Shown piece by piece: positions 12,501 to 22,710 of a DNA stretch of 64,000 nt. The notes beneath the pieces were generated by a model. That model was not told where the DNA came from, did not search any database, and saw nothing but the letters and a program-made list of their open reading frames with translations. Made by a program: the position numbers and the translations under genes. Source of the DNA: Amphiscolops sp. MND2022 (lineage: Eukaryota); assembly GCA_964187785.1 (NCBI GenBank), contig OZ076409.1:11782001-11846000 (forward strand), written 5' to 3'. Numbering within the stretch: position 1 is the first letter of the stretch; every line of letters starts with the position of its first letter.

Positions 12501-15500
12501 AATCGAAAAAAGTCGCATAGTGCCGAAAAAAATTCAAAGGGGTACCCTGTAGTCCCGTCCGATTTTGTATCTTACGTTAAAAATTGAGAACACGAAAGGG
12601 GGGACCATTTGCACTAACTTAGATGCGTTCCGGCTTGCCGGTCCAGTAGTTTAGTAGTTCTGTAAAAAGTGCCCACTACGCATACATTCTGTTATCTGAT
12701 GAAAAAAAACTTGCCACTGTAAAACTCGGGCTCATTGTGTTTAAATGCGCAGACTATAAATAGGATTACGTCAAGGAAACGTCATGTAATTTATACTCTT
12801 CAAACTCTACTGTATGACATTTGAAATCTGATTAGCGGGCCCACGGGACCCTAGAAAATGGCAAAGGACATCATACAAAAAAGTATTCCAAACGTTATTC
12901 AACAAAACACGAATATTATCCATACTGCTTGAATAATCACGTTAAAAACGCATAATAACGAGTATTTGTTAATAATCGTAACCTAGGCTGTCGCATAGTG
13001 GCAAAACGCATAATGATGAGCATACGTGAGGCCAGGAACCGCATAGTACTGCATAATGGTACTATGCAAAAACGCGTGATGGCGTATCTTCGATAAATCT
13101 CGAACCGCATAGTGACGGCACATGCAACTATTGAATAGCATCACATGCTGCATATTACGTCATCTTTCGATCATATGAATCATTGGGTTGATGATGTATG
13201 TGAGGTTTTAATTCTCAATGCAATTTAGTGTTCATCATTTCATGTAGGAGAAACTTATTAAGAACAAAAATTTCATCCAAAATAATATATTTACATCATC
13301 AAAACAAACAAGGGCACTTAAAACCGCTACATTATCAGCTTTAAAGTTCAAATGAACTTCGGTCTTTGTTCACCTTGTTAATGTTGCTCCCCCGGTCCAA
13401 CACAGCTGTTGGGCTGTGACAAGGTGTTATCTCAGATATAAAGTTGACAAGAGATTGATGAAAAAAATAACAAACAAAAACTGCCCATCAAGGCAATAGC
13501 TAGACCACAGGCATTCCAATTAGTTTGAAATTTTAATCATTTCAAGTTCATTCATTTGATTTTTTTCATCAGTAGCATATTCACCACAAATTCAGAATGC
13601 GCTGACTGATTGAGTGTGCGAATGAAAAAACTGATTATATTATCATTTTCAGGGGGATTGGAGACTGGCTTTATTGGACTACCCTGTTTGAGTAAAAGGA
13701 TCTTACAAATCTTGCAAGATAATGCATTTTCCTTGAAGAATTCCCGTTTGAAATGCGTTACCTGCAAGATCCTTGGTAGCAATGCATTCCTTGCAAAGAT
13801 CTTTCAAAGTTCTTTTCGAAGTTCACGAGTCTTGCAAAGAATCAACGTCTTTGTAAGATCTTGCCAGGAAGGTGTTTTCTTGCAAGATCTTGCAAGGATT
13901 ACATTTAGTTGCAAGATCTTGAAGAAATGTATCAAATGCAAGGATCTTGTGAGACCCTTGCAAGGATTGCATTTTTCACAGCCAGGGTAGATAGAAAACA
14001 ACAAGGTTCGTCACAGAAGAACACCACGATCATTCTTTGTCCTCCATTTTGGAAGAAATTTCATCTCAATGTTTGCGATTTTCAAGTCCATAAAAGATAA
14101 CTGGAGAACTAGAGGTAAACTTCAAAACGTCTTCTCAACTATGTAAACTCTTAGAATCTTTTTATTCCATCCGCGACAACTGTTCACAACACTAGCTGAG
14201 GCTGCTGGAATTGTTTACATGCTGGAGGCCTGACAGCAAGACACTTTTAACAAAAAACTAGAAAATTCAGTATTGTTCTTATTATAAAATTTGTAGAGTT
14301 ACACTGCATTTTCCACAACTGCAATTGAATTTGAAAACAAATCCCACTTCATCACCGATACGATTCACAATTAAAGTCTCATTCTGATAGGTTTTGTGTG
14401 AGAGCGACCGTCTGCTTCAAGTATCTGCTGTCAAGACGCGTTGAAAATCAAACGCGGATATGACTGCTATTCCGACGCAATTAGCTTCATTCGTGCAAGA
14501 ATCAGCTTTGCGCTTCTACGGAGGTCGGCATCATGCTTGCAAGGATGTCGCGCCCTTAAGCGTCAAATAGACCATGTTGACTTTGCCATTGCGGCAATAG
14601 CACATGAGGGAAGACGGTGGTGAATTATGACAATCCCAAGTGGGTGCATCTCCTGACCGTCATATTTTTTTCAAAACTTTTTCCAATAAAATTCGCTTAT
14701 TATTATGTTTTGTAAATCTGTCCTCAACTTGTTGAGGTATTCAATATTTTTATATGCACGGGGACCGTTACTGACACTGCAAGGAAGTTCTGCAGCTTGC
14801 AGTGAATAGGCAGTATCCCATCATTCGATCATAAAATTGCCCCTTTGAACACAGGGCCATCATTACCGTTGCAAACGAAGATAGACTCGCTTCGCACGGT
14901 TCCCATTAAAGTTTCATTCGCAAAATGTTCAAGCCACTTTAACAAGGGAAGACGCGAAGACCTTCACGCAAAACTTTACCTACCTTGGTGAACCTTGCGT
15001 AGACCATGGAAGGGTTTGAGTTCGAAGGCTTCGTTGAGGAGCTGTAGGTTGACATTGGTGGAAAGAGACATGAAGCCGACTGCCTTGCCCTCTTTCTCGG
15101 CACACAGCGCGTGGTGCTCTTCGTCCTGCGAGTCAATCAGCTCGGCCACGAAGTAATTGCCGTACACGGCCTGCAATTGGTTGTTCTGCTTGGCGAAGAT
15201 GGGCGTCAAATCATCGTTGTCTTCCATTCTGAAATCAGTCGAATTAGATGGTGGAATTCAATCTTATTTTCAAAATACGTGACATTTCAAACCCAAAATA
15301 TTTTTAAATGCTAGTTTTGTAAAGATTTTAGCAGAAAGTACCAATAAAAGTGTATTTGGAATGCCAGTGTATTTATGTTAACTGAAAAAACCTTCGTTTT
15401 TTCAACCTTTTTTTTCAAAATACATAAAACTTTCGAAGCCAAACTGTTTCTAAGTGCTAATTTCGTAAAGATTTCAGCAAAAATACCAAAAAAGTGTATT

Positions 15501-18500
15501 TGGAATGCCAGTTTTCTTATGTCAACTGGAAAAAATCTTCGTTATTCATATTTTGTACCAACGAATAATTTTGTGTAAAAAGACGTTCAACCATCAGAGT
15601 CATGCGCAAGAAGTGCCTAGGGAATTTAAGTATGAGTCATTAGCGTGACTGCTTTCTCTCTGTAGAGTGACTGATAAATTATAAATTGACTCTCTATCAG
15701 TAAAAAAGTGATGAATTGGAAGCCTAAATAGCGGAGGTTCCTTCCAGTTAAAACCGATCAACAACGAGTTTCATTTCATCATTTGAGATAGTTGATCCTA
15801 TTCATACAATCGTTGGTATGAAAAAAGTCTCAAACAGCACAATCCAGTTTAATACATTTCAGTGTTATATCAGCCAATGTTGAAAATACCGGTTGTATGA
15901 CTCGACCCGTTTCCACACCGCTATTTTTTTCGCTAATCGGTAAACCGCTAATCTCAGAATCGCTATTTCGCTGAAACACTTTTTCCTCAAACTATTAAAT
16001 ATTCGTCTTCACGTATGTTTTAATCAAATGATAAGACTAGCAGTTTTCATACAATGTGGGTTTTACACTAGTAAAAGTTGGAATTTTTCGAGATTCATTT
16101 TGAAACAGGAAATTTTGTTGAATTTAAACAGTGCTCATTGGTTAGCGCTAATGAAATCGCTGGAAAAATTATGTGCGGCCGCTAATTCGCTGATTAGCGG
16201 TGTCAAAACTCTGAACTCGACCTTCCTCCTTCCGCGGCGTTTCGCGTCCTTCCAGGTCGGCTGTCGTTAAAACCAGCCGCTGAACTAATAGTGGCACGTC
16301 GCTCGGCTTCGCTTCTGCATTCAGGGCACTTAGAGCATATGAACATAACTGATGACTACGTTGTAATAATAGTTTAATTTTTTTTAAATTTCAACCCCCC
16401 CCCCCCCCCCCCAGTACCAGCGATGAGTATGAGTTTCAGTTGCAGTTGGAGTTATAAACACTCCAATTTGATTGGTTGATACTAATAAATCAATGATAAT
16501 TTCACTTGACCGCTTAACTGTGGGAATTAAATTGGTGGGGGGGGGGGGGTTGGTTTGCGGGAATTAACAGAAAAGATCCGTTTTCTGGTTGGTAATCAAG
16601 TCTTTTTGTTATAATATTTTCACTAATTTTCCATAAACTTATGGCGGTGGGGGGCAGAAAAGAGCCTTTCCCGGAAACTAACTTGGCCGATCGAACGTGA
16701 AGAACCGGCGAGACTTCGTGCCGATGGCAGACGTAGAAGGAAGCAGAGGAAGTGCTGGATGCCTTTATAGTCTTGTTCACTGGTTTGAAAATGTCGGAGA
16801 TGGCTGGATCCAGATGGTTGCCAGTGGGCACACAAGTCAGCAACTGGTGAACATCTGGCACGGCTGCGAACAACGACCTGCAACAAAAACAATCAAACGT
16901 TCCAAATCAAGAGAAAAAAATCTTTTTTTCATGATACTATGGATCGAAATTAGGTGTCAGTCGAGATGGGTGTAAAAAGATACATGTACATTGTTACAAA
17001 AATACACGAAAGATAAACAATGCTGATAGCTCTGAAGATTAAGATGTGCTATTAGCTTCACATTTAGGGACAACGATAGGAAGCTGGGAAAAAAGCGCAA
17101 AGTACTCCAAGCTTAAAGCAACTGTTTTTGAAAAATTCTCGATCTCACAGTTACGAAAACCCAATGGGGAATCTTTTGGGCTCAAAAGGCCTTATAATTA
17201 AAAATATGGGAAAAACCCGAGGAGGGATCATTTAGGAGAATTGATTTTTAAAAAAGTAACAAAGCCAAAAATAACCATCGAATTTCTTTTTAATCAGAAT
17301 AAAAATGTCACAATATTGAAACCCAGGACCCTTTCAAGCAAATTGGCAATTAGTATAATTTTTATAGTCACTTCGACCGGATTAAAAGCAAAATACGACA
17401 AAAACCACTAAAATAGTCGAGTTTTATTTCTAATAAAGACAAATGAAGTCATAAAAACTTTATATGCGAAGTGCTGGTATTGTTATGATTTTATTGAAAG
17501 GGGGCAGAGTATTAAAACAACCATGATGGAATCATGTCAATCTCTCCTCCCAAAAATATGGATACTGCAGATAGTGAAAATTAAAACTGAAGGAGTACGA
17601 ACTTGACAATTTCTTGGGCACATCCCACTGCGAAATCGGCTTTCGTCACGAAGAGGTGAAGAAACATGGTGTTTAAGCTCTAGAAACGAAATCAGGGAAC
17701 ATCATTGAAAAAAAAGAAGACGTAACAAAAAATATTGAAACATTAGAAGTGAATTGTGACTTAAAAAAATCCCAATAAAATAGGAGAAAAAATTAGTTAA
17801 GCAGTAGATCGTTTGAATTGCGACCGGATATTCATCACGCGTTCGTTCATTTTTTCCCGGAGAATTGGTTTGAATATTAATTATAACAATACTGAGCAAC
17901 GAGATATTTTCGGCACTAAACTATTTTAGCGACATATTTTTAGGGCTCGAAATATTTTTTTGGCTTTCTTTGGTTTCTCTAAAAACGATTTCTCTTTATA
18001 TAGTATGCTAAGTAGCTACTTATTTTGTTGTTGAAGTCAATGGAGATTCAAACCCATTAACTCATTCAAAAACTGTACAGAAAAATCAAAAAAATGAAAG
18101 CATTTTTCTTCGTTTTGGGGTATATTGGCATTTTAGAAGAATTCAATTATCTCCATAAATACATATGATACGAACTTAAATTCTTCATTACGTTTTGCGA
18201 AAATACCCCTGTTGTATGGTTATAAAATGGCAAATAGGCAAAATTTGAAATAAAAAACGCTGCATATTAGTTTTCGTTCATAATATGGAATTTAAGCTAG
18301 TATTTGAGTCCTAAAATTGAGAACCTCCATTACAAAGTTCTCAATTAGTGACCAGTGACCTTTGGATTGCGTCAGGAGCAATCGATTTACCGATTCATGT
18401 CTCAAATTTGACAATTTTTATAGAGACAAGTAAACGAGGAACAGAAAAAATAACCAAACTAAAGTTCTAGATTTGTGACTTGGAAACAAAAACTGTCATT

Positions 18501-21125
18501 CGAAAATTGTTTTCCATTTTCCCTTTCAAGTGTCGCCAATTTTCAGTTGGGCTCCTTTCTAAAAATAACTCCAACCAGGGTTGGCCATTCTATGTTTTAA
18601 ATTGATTTTAAACAAAACAAACGTTTTAAACATATTTAAAATTCTCTCGAAGAAAGACAGAAAAACAAGCTTAATACAGTGGAATCCGGCTAATTCGTAT
18701 CGCTAAGGACCAAATAAAATAGTACGAATAATGAGAAATACGAATTAACCGGATGATATTACTTTGGTGGTCCCGAAATAGGGATCTCAGATGCGTACGA
18801 ATTAAACGAAGATTCGAATTATCCAGGTACGAATTAACCGGAGTTGACTGTAGAATGAATTTATTCAATTATCATTCGAATAGAGCATCACAAAAGCAAG
18901 TTTTTCAACTTTCTGAACTCCAAGCCTGTTGCGAAGATCAATACACCGAGTGGATCTAATACGCCGGTGCTATGGCATATACTTCGAGTGCCCATTTCAG
19001 TATTTCCTCAGAGTCGGCTTTCATTTTGACTTGACATTTTATAAAACAAGCCGGGAACGGCATAAGTCGGCATCATATCAGAGCTCAAAAATAGCAAAAG
19101 AACTTCAAAGTGTCAAGTATTCTTTTACAGTACCTGAAAAACCCAAAAGTTGGAGCGAATTAGCGCGCTAAAAGAGGGGACCCTTTCGGATTTTTTAACA
19201 TCCATTGTTGCAAAACATCAAAAAATTGAAGGAAACCCTTTGAGGAAAAAATTCAAAAAAAGTCTCACAATGCCGAAAAAACTGTGAAGGGGACCCTATA
19301 GTCTCTCCTGGTACTGTATGTTACGCGGAAAAACGAAAAACCTTTTTGGTTCAGTCCGCTAGGCCAAATGGTTCAATTTCACACCATAAAATTTCGTAGA
19401 ACATTTCCCCGAGTTCTTCTGTTTATAATAGCATAACTGCCCAGTTCGCCCCCTCGTAAGTAGTATATCTAATTAATTTAATTTTTTTTATTTGTTATAT
19501 TTTATATTGTTTAATTGCTTGCTCAAATGGTACCTCGGATTTCATCCTTAAACAGTCCATCTATTCTTCCCCTGAAATAATGCACCTGCTAACCGGAGGT
19601 TTTTAATTGTTTTCTTTTGTCAAACCGATTGGGGAATGATTAATATCGTACCCCCGCTTCTGCCCCCGATGCAAAAATCCCGCGTTAGAGTTCCTAGGAG
19701 TCTATATCCTTGCTCCCTGTGACCATTGCAGACTCCTGGGGCCAGTAAAGTCGGGCATCGGGTGTGCAGAAGTCTTAAATAAAGACTAGTTCACCAAGGG
19801 TACGAGATACGAGTTTTCGGTCAAAATTTGACTTTTTTCCACCTTCTTTTCCGAATTTTCCAACATATAAGCAATGACCACCTCTACCTACCTACTTGAT
19901 GAAATCTGCTGAACTCAGCAAAACTTTTTGTTTGTGAAAATTTGAGCTTGCAAACTGTTTAGGATAGGCTTCCTCCAAGCGGGCTTGTGCGCCCTTGGAA
20001 GTCTGTTTTGGTCATAAATTTGTTTATTTATACACTGTAATTGTAATAAGAATGACCAAATGAATTAAATTATTATTATTATGTAGAACTTTGCAGAACT
20101 ATTTTGGTCAGTTCGTGTGGATCGAAAAAAGACAGTCGCGTTTCACTTCATGAAGCGCCGACTAAAAATATATAATAAAGTATAATCTGTCCACGTCGAT
20201 TACATAAAATTCAAAACCTTCGAACGGAATGTCTTTTACTCAAAATAGAAATGTTTTGACACGTGTTTTAAAACACCCGTGTTTTACATTGGCCAACCCT
20301 GACCGCAACCAACTCAGAATAAGAAATGAAGAATCTTGCAGAAACTCACGTTATAGTCGGGCAGATGAAGCTCTTTGTTCAACACTTTCGGCCATTCCAC
20401 AGGCGAGACATGAGCTGTGACAGGCGGATAGTCGTAAAACGCAGCGAAACCCACCACTTCGTCATTGAAGTCCACTAGTGTCACTGCGAAAAGTGACTTT
20501 TCTCTGTCAAACGAGGAAAATTCAGACACACACTATCGGAACAAGGCAGAGTTTTGACATCGATAATTATTTTCGCTAATTCACAACCGCTTATTTCAAA
20601 ATCGCTATTTCGCTATAAAAGCTTTTCTTCAAACTATTAAATGATTGAATTCAAAAATGTTCAAAATATAAACAATAACTTGATCCAGTGTTAGCAAGAA
20701 AAAACTAGAAATTTTTAATACTGTGTGGGCTTTACAGATGAAGAGTTGCAATTTTTCGAATTTCATTTTGAAACTCCGTGCATTTTCTGAGAAAATTTTG
20801 AATTTTGACAATCTATCAGTTGCCGCTAATTTGAATCGCAAACAGAATCGGTTGAAAAAATTCGACGCGGCCGCAAAATCGCTGCTTGATTAGCGGTGTC
20901 AAAACTCTGGGAAAAGGAGAGAGAAAATAGAAAATCAGCCAGGACTACCTACATAATACTGAGCACGTTGAAGGGTCCAAAAAGTTCTTCGGTCAAGTGG
21001 GAAACTAAGTTCTGAATGGCCGGGGCATCGGTTGCTTCAGTAGCTCTCACGTATATCTCCAAGGCTGTTTCCACGCTGAAGTTTGTCCTCTGACGACTTC
21101 CGATTCTTGAGCTTCGGGGAGACAT
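247..21125 (-). CDS. CFAP61: Cilia- and flagella-associated protein 61 (CFAP61/C20orf26 orthologue); 17 coding exons (~1000 codons) in window, 3' end beyond position 1
   Basis: Exons 21125-20953, 20503-20350, 17679-17603, 16877-16683, 15228-14984, 11214-11060, 10330-10277, 10069-10022, 9936-9832, 9134-8859, 7637-7501, 6627-6369, 5717-5647, 5116-4990, 3695-3477, 1830-1391, 512-247 all have AG/GT boundaries and consistent phases. Peptides match recalled CFAP61: EKSLFAVTL, LNTMFLHLFV, EDNDDLTPIF..YGNYFVAELI, FCIQLFCI..RSLDF, YNIEDFVYYSHHQRNEHGH, RPRRQIVYP, IVVVGAS..FLETLVF, YDHLILGTG. Confidence 0.93.
1391..1830 (-). CDS. CFAP61: CFAP61 exon (EIMRL...RPRRQIVYP...IVVVGAS...HGLPG), start of FAD/NAD-binding-like domain
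   Basis: ORF 1069-1887 trimmed to splice sites. Confidence 0.93.
2557..3141. mobile_element. Tc1/mariner-type MITE
   Basis: TA-flanked CAGTACTGT..ACAGTACTG termini with extended imperfect TIRs; interrupts the 2157-3176 repeat. Confidence 0.7.
3242..3474 (+). mobile_element. tRNA-related insert flanked by a 24-bp direct duplication
   Basis: A box TGGCGCAGTTGG and B box GGTTCGAACCC (tRNA-like 3354-3424); flanks 3218-3241 and 3475-3498 differ at 1 nt. Confidence 0.7.
3477..3695 (-). CDS. CFAP61: CFAP61 exon (DGTPLHAF...YNIEDFVYYSHH...LTKTFIK)
   Basis: ORF 3435-3800 trimmed to splice sites. Confidence 0.92.
3728..4400 (-). mobile_element. Helentron-associated / DINE-1-like non-autonomous element
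   Basis: Subterminal IRs AGTCGGCGC/GCGCCGACT, terminal hairpin GCCGG-GA-CCGGC next to AACAAG, short IR at the other end, A/T-run flanks, no TSD. Confidence 0.7.
4990..5717 (-). CDS. CFAP61: Two CFAP61 exons (5717-5647 RVTP..QELYVFNRYGLL; 5116-4990 DFCVR..YNEARRDK)
   Basis: Hand-translated; splice sites and phases fit; similarity to CFAP61. Confidence 0.85.
5243..5597 (-). mobile_element. Same Helentron/DINE-like family, deleted copy
   Basis: Both termini recognisable. Confidence 0.65.
5775..6136. mobile_element. hAT-type MITE (family also at 15907-16213, 20547-20909, 31674-32964)
   Basis: TIR CAGAGTTTTGACA; perfect 8-bp TSD GATAACAG. Confidence 0.8.
6369..6627 (-). CDS. CFAP61: CFAP61 exon (...FCIQLFCIKEDLETRSLDF...LLQNFV)
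   Basis: ORF 6321-6683; strong similarity. Confidence 0.92.
7501..7637 (-). CDS. CFAP61: CFAP61 exon (EFAGENGVGLCQAALSNSEAGQDVLAVVLETV...)
   Basis: Hand-translated; phase 0 to 2 joins exactly to exon 6627. Confidence 0.75.
8859..9134 (-). CDS. CFAP61: CFAP61 exon (SPMEDLLADFSDLI...KMLLADLTD...SDSIK)
   Basis: ORF 8712-9128; 92 codons, phase 0-0. Confidence 0.72.
9832..10330 (-). CDS. CFAP61: Three small phase-0 CFAP61 exons (10330-10277, 10069-10022, 9936-9832)
   Basis: Each is an exact codon multiple with a polypyrimidine-AG acceptor and GT donor; no stops. Confidence 0.65.
10351..10526. mobile_element. Tc1/mariner (pogo-like) MITE
   Basis: TA|CAGTATTTCTTC...GAAGAAATACGG|TA. Confidence 0.7.
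11060..11214 (-). CDS. CFAP61: CFAP61 exon (GDVLEP...VCLLASHETNKSTFLSNVH)
   Basis: TTTCAG acceptor, GTAAGA donor; phase 1 entry continues HQ-GDVLEP (cf. HPDDVLESP). Confidence 0.8.
12190..12760 (-). mobile_element. Same Helentron/DINE-like family
   Basis: AAGTCGGCGCTATATCTAAGGCTC start; GGGACCCTTT internal repeats; degenerate GCGCAGACTA end. Confidence 0.65.
13682..13987. mobile_element. MITE built from TCTTGCAAGA palindromic repeats
   Basis: TA|CCCTG...CAGGG|TA; many internal CTTGCAAG units. Confidence 0.65.
14984..15228 (-). CDS. CFAP61: CFAP61 exon (MEDNDDLTPIF...LKPFHGLRKVHQ)
   Basis: ORF 14976-15227; strong CFAP61 similarity. Confidence 0.92.
16683..16877 (-). CDS. CFAP61: CFAP61 exon (SLFAAVPDVH...VCHRHEVSPVLHVRSA)
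   Basis: ORF 16514-16873; splice sites and phase fit. Confidence 0.88.
17603..17679 (-). CDS. CFAP61: CFAP61 exon (SLNTMFLHLFVTKADFAVGCAQEIV)
   Basis: Hand-translated; matches recalled PLNTLFMHLFVA..GC..EI; phases fit. Confidence 0.88.
18677..18850. mobile_element. Tigger/pogo-like MITE
   Basis: TA|CAGT..CCGGCTAATTCG...CGAATTAACCGG..ACTG|TA. Confidence 0.7.
19045..20168 (-). mobile_element. Helentron/DINE-like copy interrupted by a retroposed insert at 19403-20082
   Basis: Both termini present; insert flanked by GTAGAAC duplication. Confidence 0.7.
19403..20082 (+). mobile_element. Non-LTR retroposon 3' fragment or SINE with (TAT)n tail; second copy at ~2157-3176
   Basis: 19766-20039 aligns to 2157-2556; both end in TATTATTAT; 7-bp TSD GTAGAAC. 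Confidence 0.6.
20350..20503 (-). CDS. CFAP61: CFAP61 exon (EKSLFAVTLVDFNDEVVGFAAFYDYP...)
   Basis: ORF 20314-20529 trimmed to AG/GT; N-terminal CFAP61 similarity. Confidence 0.88.
20953..21125 (-). CDS. CFAP61: CFAP61 first coding exon (MSPRSS...RATEATDAPAIQNLV...LFGPFNVLSI)
   Basis: ATG at 21125 downstream of a TTTTCAG acceptor; donor GTAGGT; phase 2 fits the next exon. Confidence 0.8.
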
Positions 21126-22710
21126 AGTTTTTCGAATTACATCTGAAAAATCTGAAAACCATAAAACAGAAAATCAAAAGAACCAACAATTGATTTCGTT
21201 CTCCAAAGTATTGCTGTAAAAGTGTCAGAATTATCACTTCGACTAGATTGAAAAAAAAAACATTATGATAGTCACGTTTCATTTCATAAAGCGCCGAATA
21301 AAAAAGAAAGAGGAACGCGAGAAACCTTTTCGGAAGTTTTTTGTTTCAAATCCGGTTGAAGTGACCATTAAAGATCTTTAAAAATACCCAGCGCACTTTT
21401 GGAAGTTAAGCGGCGCGTCGACTTGGGTTATTCCGAGCTTATTCTTGCTTTCTCTGCTACTGATGGGGTCAATCATCATTTTGCGTCGCTTTGGAAAGAA
21501 GCTTGCAAATAGCACTGGTCGCTCATTTTCCCTTTTTGAGAACTTGAAGATTTCACAGTTGCAGTTAGTAAACATTGCAAAGTGTAAGAGCATATATAGA
21601 CCAACCTCATGGTTCCAGGGATCACCGTTCAAAGAGCTGTCATAAATCTGACATACCCTCGGGTGCTTCTCATTAAACCAAATAATTTCTGACAATCAGT
21701 AAAATTTGTGATGCATTGTTCTAAGTTATAAATCATTTATAACTGTGATTTATAATCATTTATAACAATGATTGCCCTCCACTTACCGATGTTTTCCAAA
21801 TTTATGTTATAGGACCGTTATTGATACTGCAAAGAGCTGAGAACAAGATTAAGTTCCGCCACAAAAAGTTCAGGCTCCAGCCCCTGTTCGACCCCCAAGA
21901 CATACTGACTGGCAGACGGACATTATCCACTTTACTCAGCTAAGTTAACTAAATGGAGTGATAAAGTGGAGATTTGGCTGAATTTGAGAAAAAACGCTAC
22001 ACAGCTGATGATTCTCCGCCCGCTACGCGATAAACTGTGGAGGCAAAAAAATAAGAAGTCGGCGACCCGCTCAAGGCTCGAAAAGTATAAAGTTTTTGAA
22101 ATAATGCTTCAAAAAACTAGACAGCTTCATATTTAAAAATGCTATTAAAGTTTTCTTGGAAGTTCAATAACTCATTAATTGGATATTGGGCGAAAATTGC
22201 GCATGTCAAATCGTTCGATCCTAGGCGTTAGATCATAGGCATCGTTCCTTTAAATCATTCGATAAAAAAATGATGAAGGAGAAACTCGAAAGAGGCCTGT
22301 GGGAAAAACGTCTAAGTTGAAATGTACAACAGAAATAACGTCTAGAGCTGAGTCATACTCATGCTTAAATAGATCTAGAGCCCAAGAACTAGACAATTAG
22401 GGATGCTCATGAGATGACGTAGAATTTGACGCCGAAAATCTAACAAGATTCTAGCAAAAAAATTAGGACGAGAATCAACACAGAAGGCATTGCGTGTTGA
22501 AATAAGTTTCCCCAAATGAAAGCCGGGAGAAATTGTGAAAGGCGGGAACAACGGCTAAAAATGACCGTCTGAGGATGGATAAGGTCCGAAGCAAAAACAT
22601 CTGAAACTATTGAGAACGTCTATATCTTCAAAATTTATTCTCGAAAAACATTTTAATGAGTTTTTCTCGTTGTGCACTTAGAAGTTATTCTTTGGGCGTT
22701 CAACCCGCTC

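Noticed and set aside
16395..16549. C18 and G13 runs as a functional hairpin or G-quadruplex
   Set aside because: Simple intronic homopolymers; no further support from the sequence.
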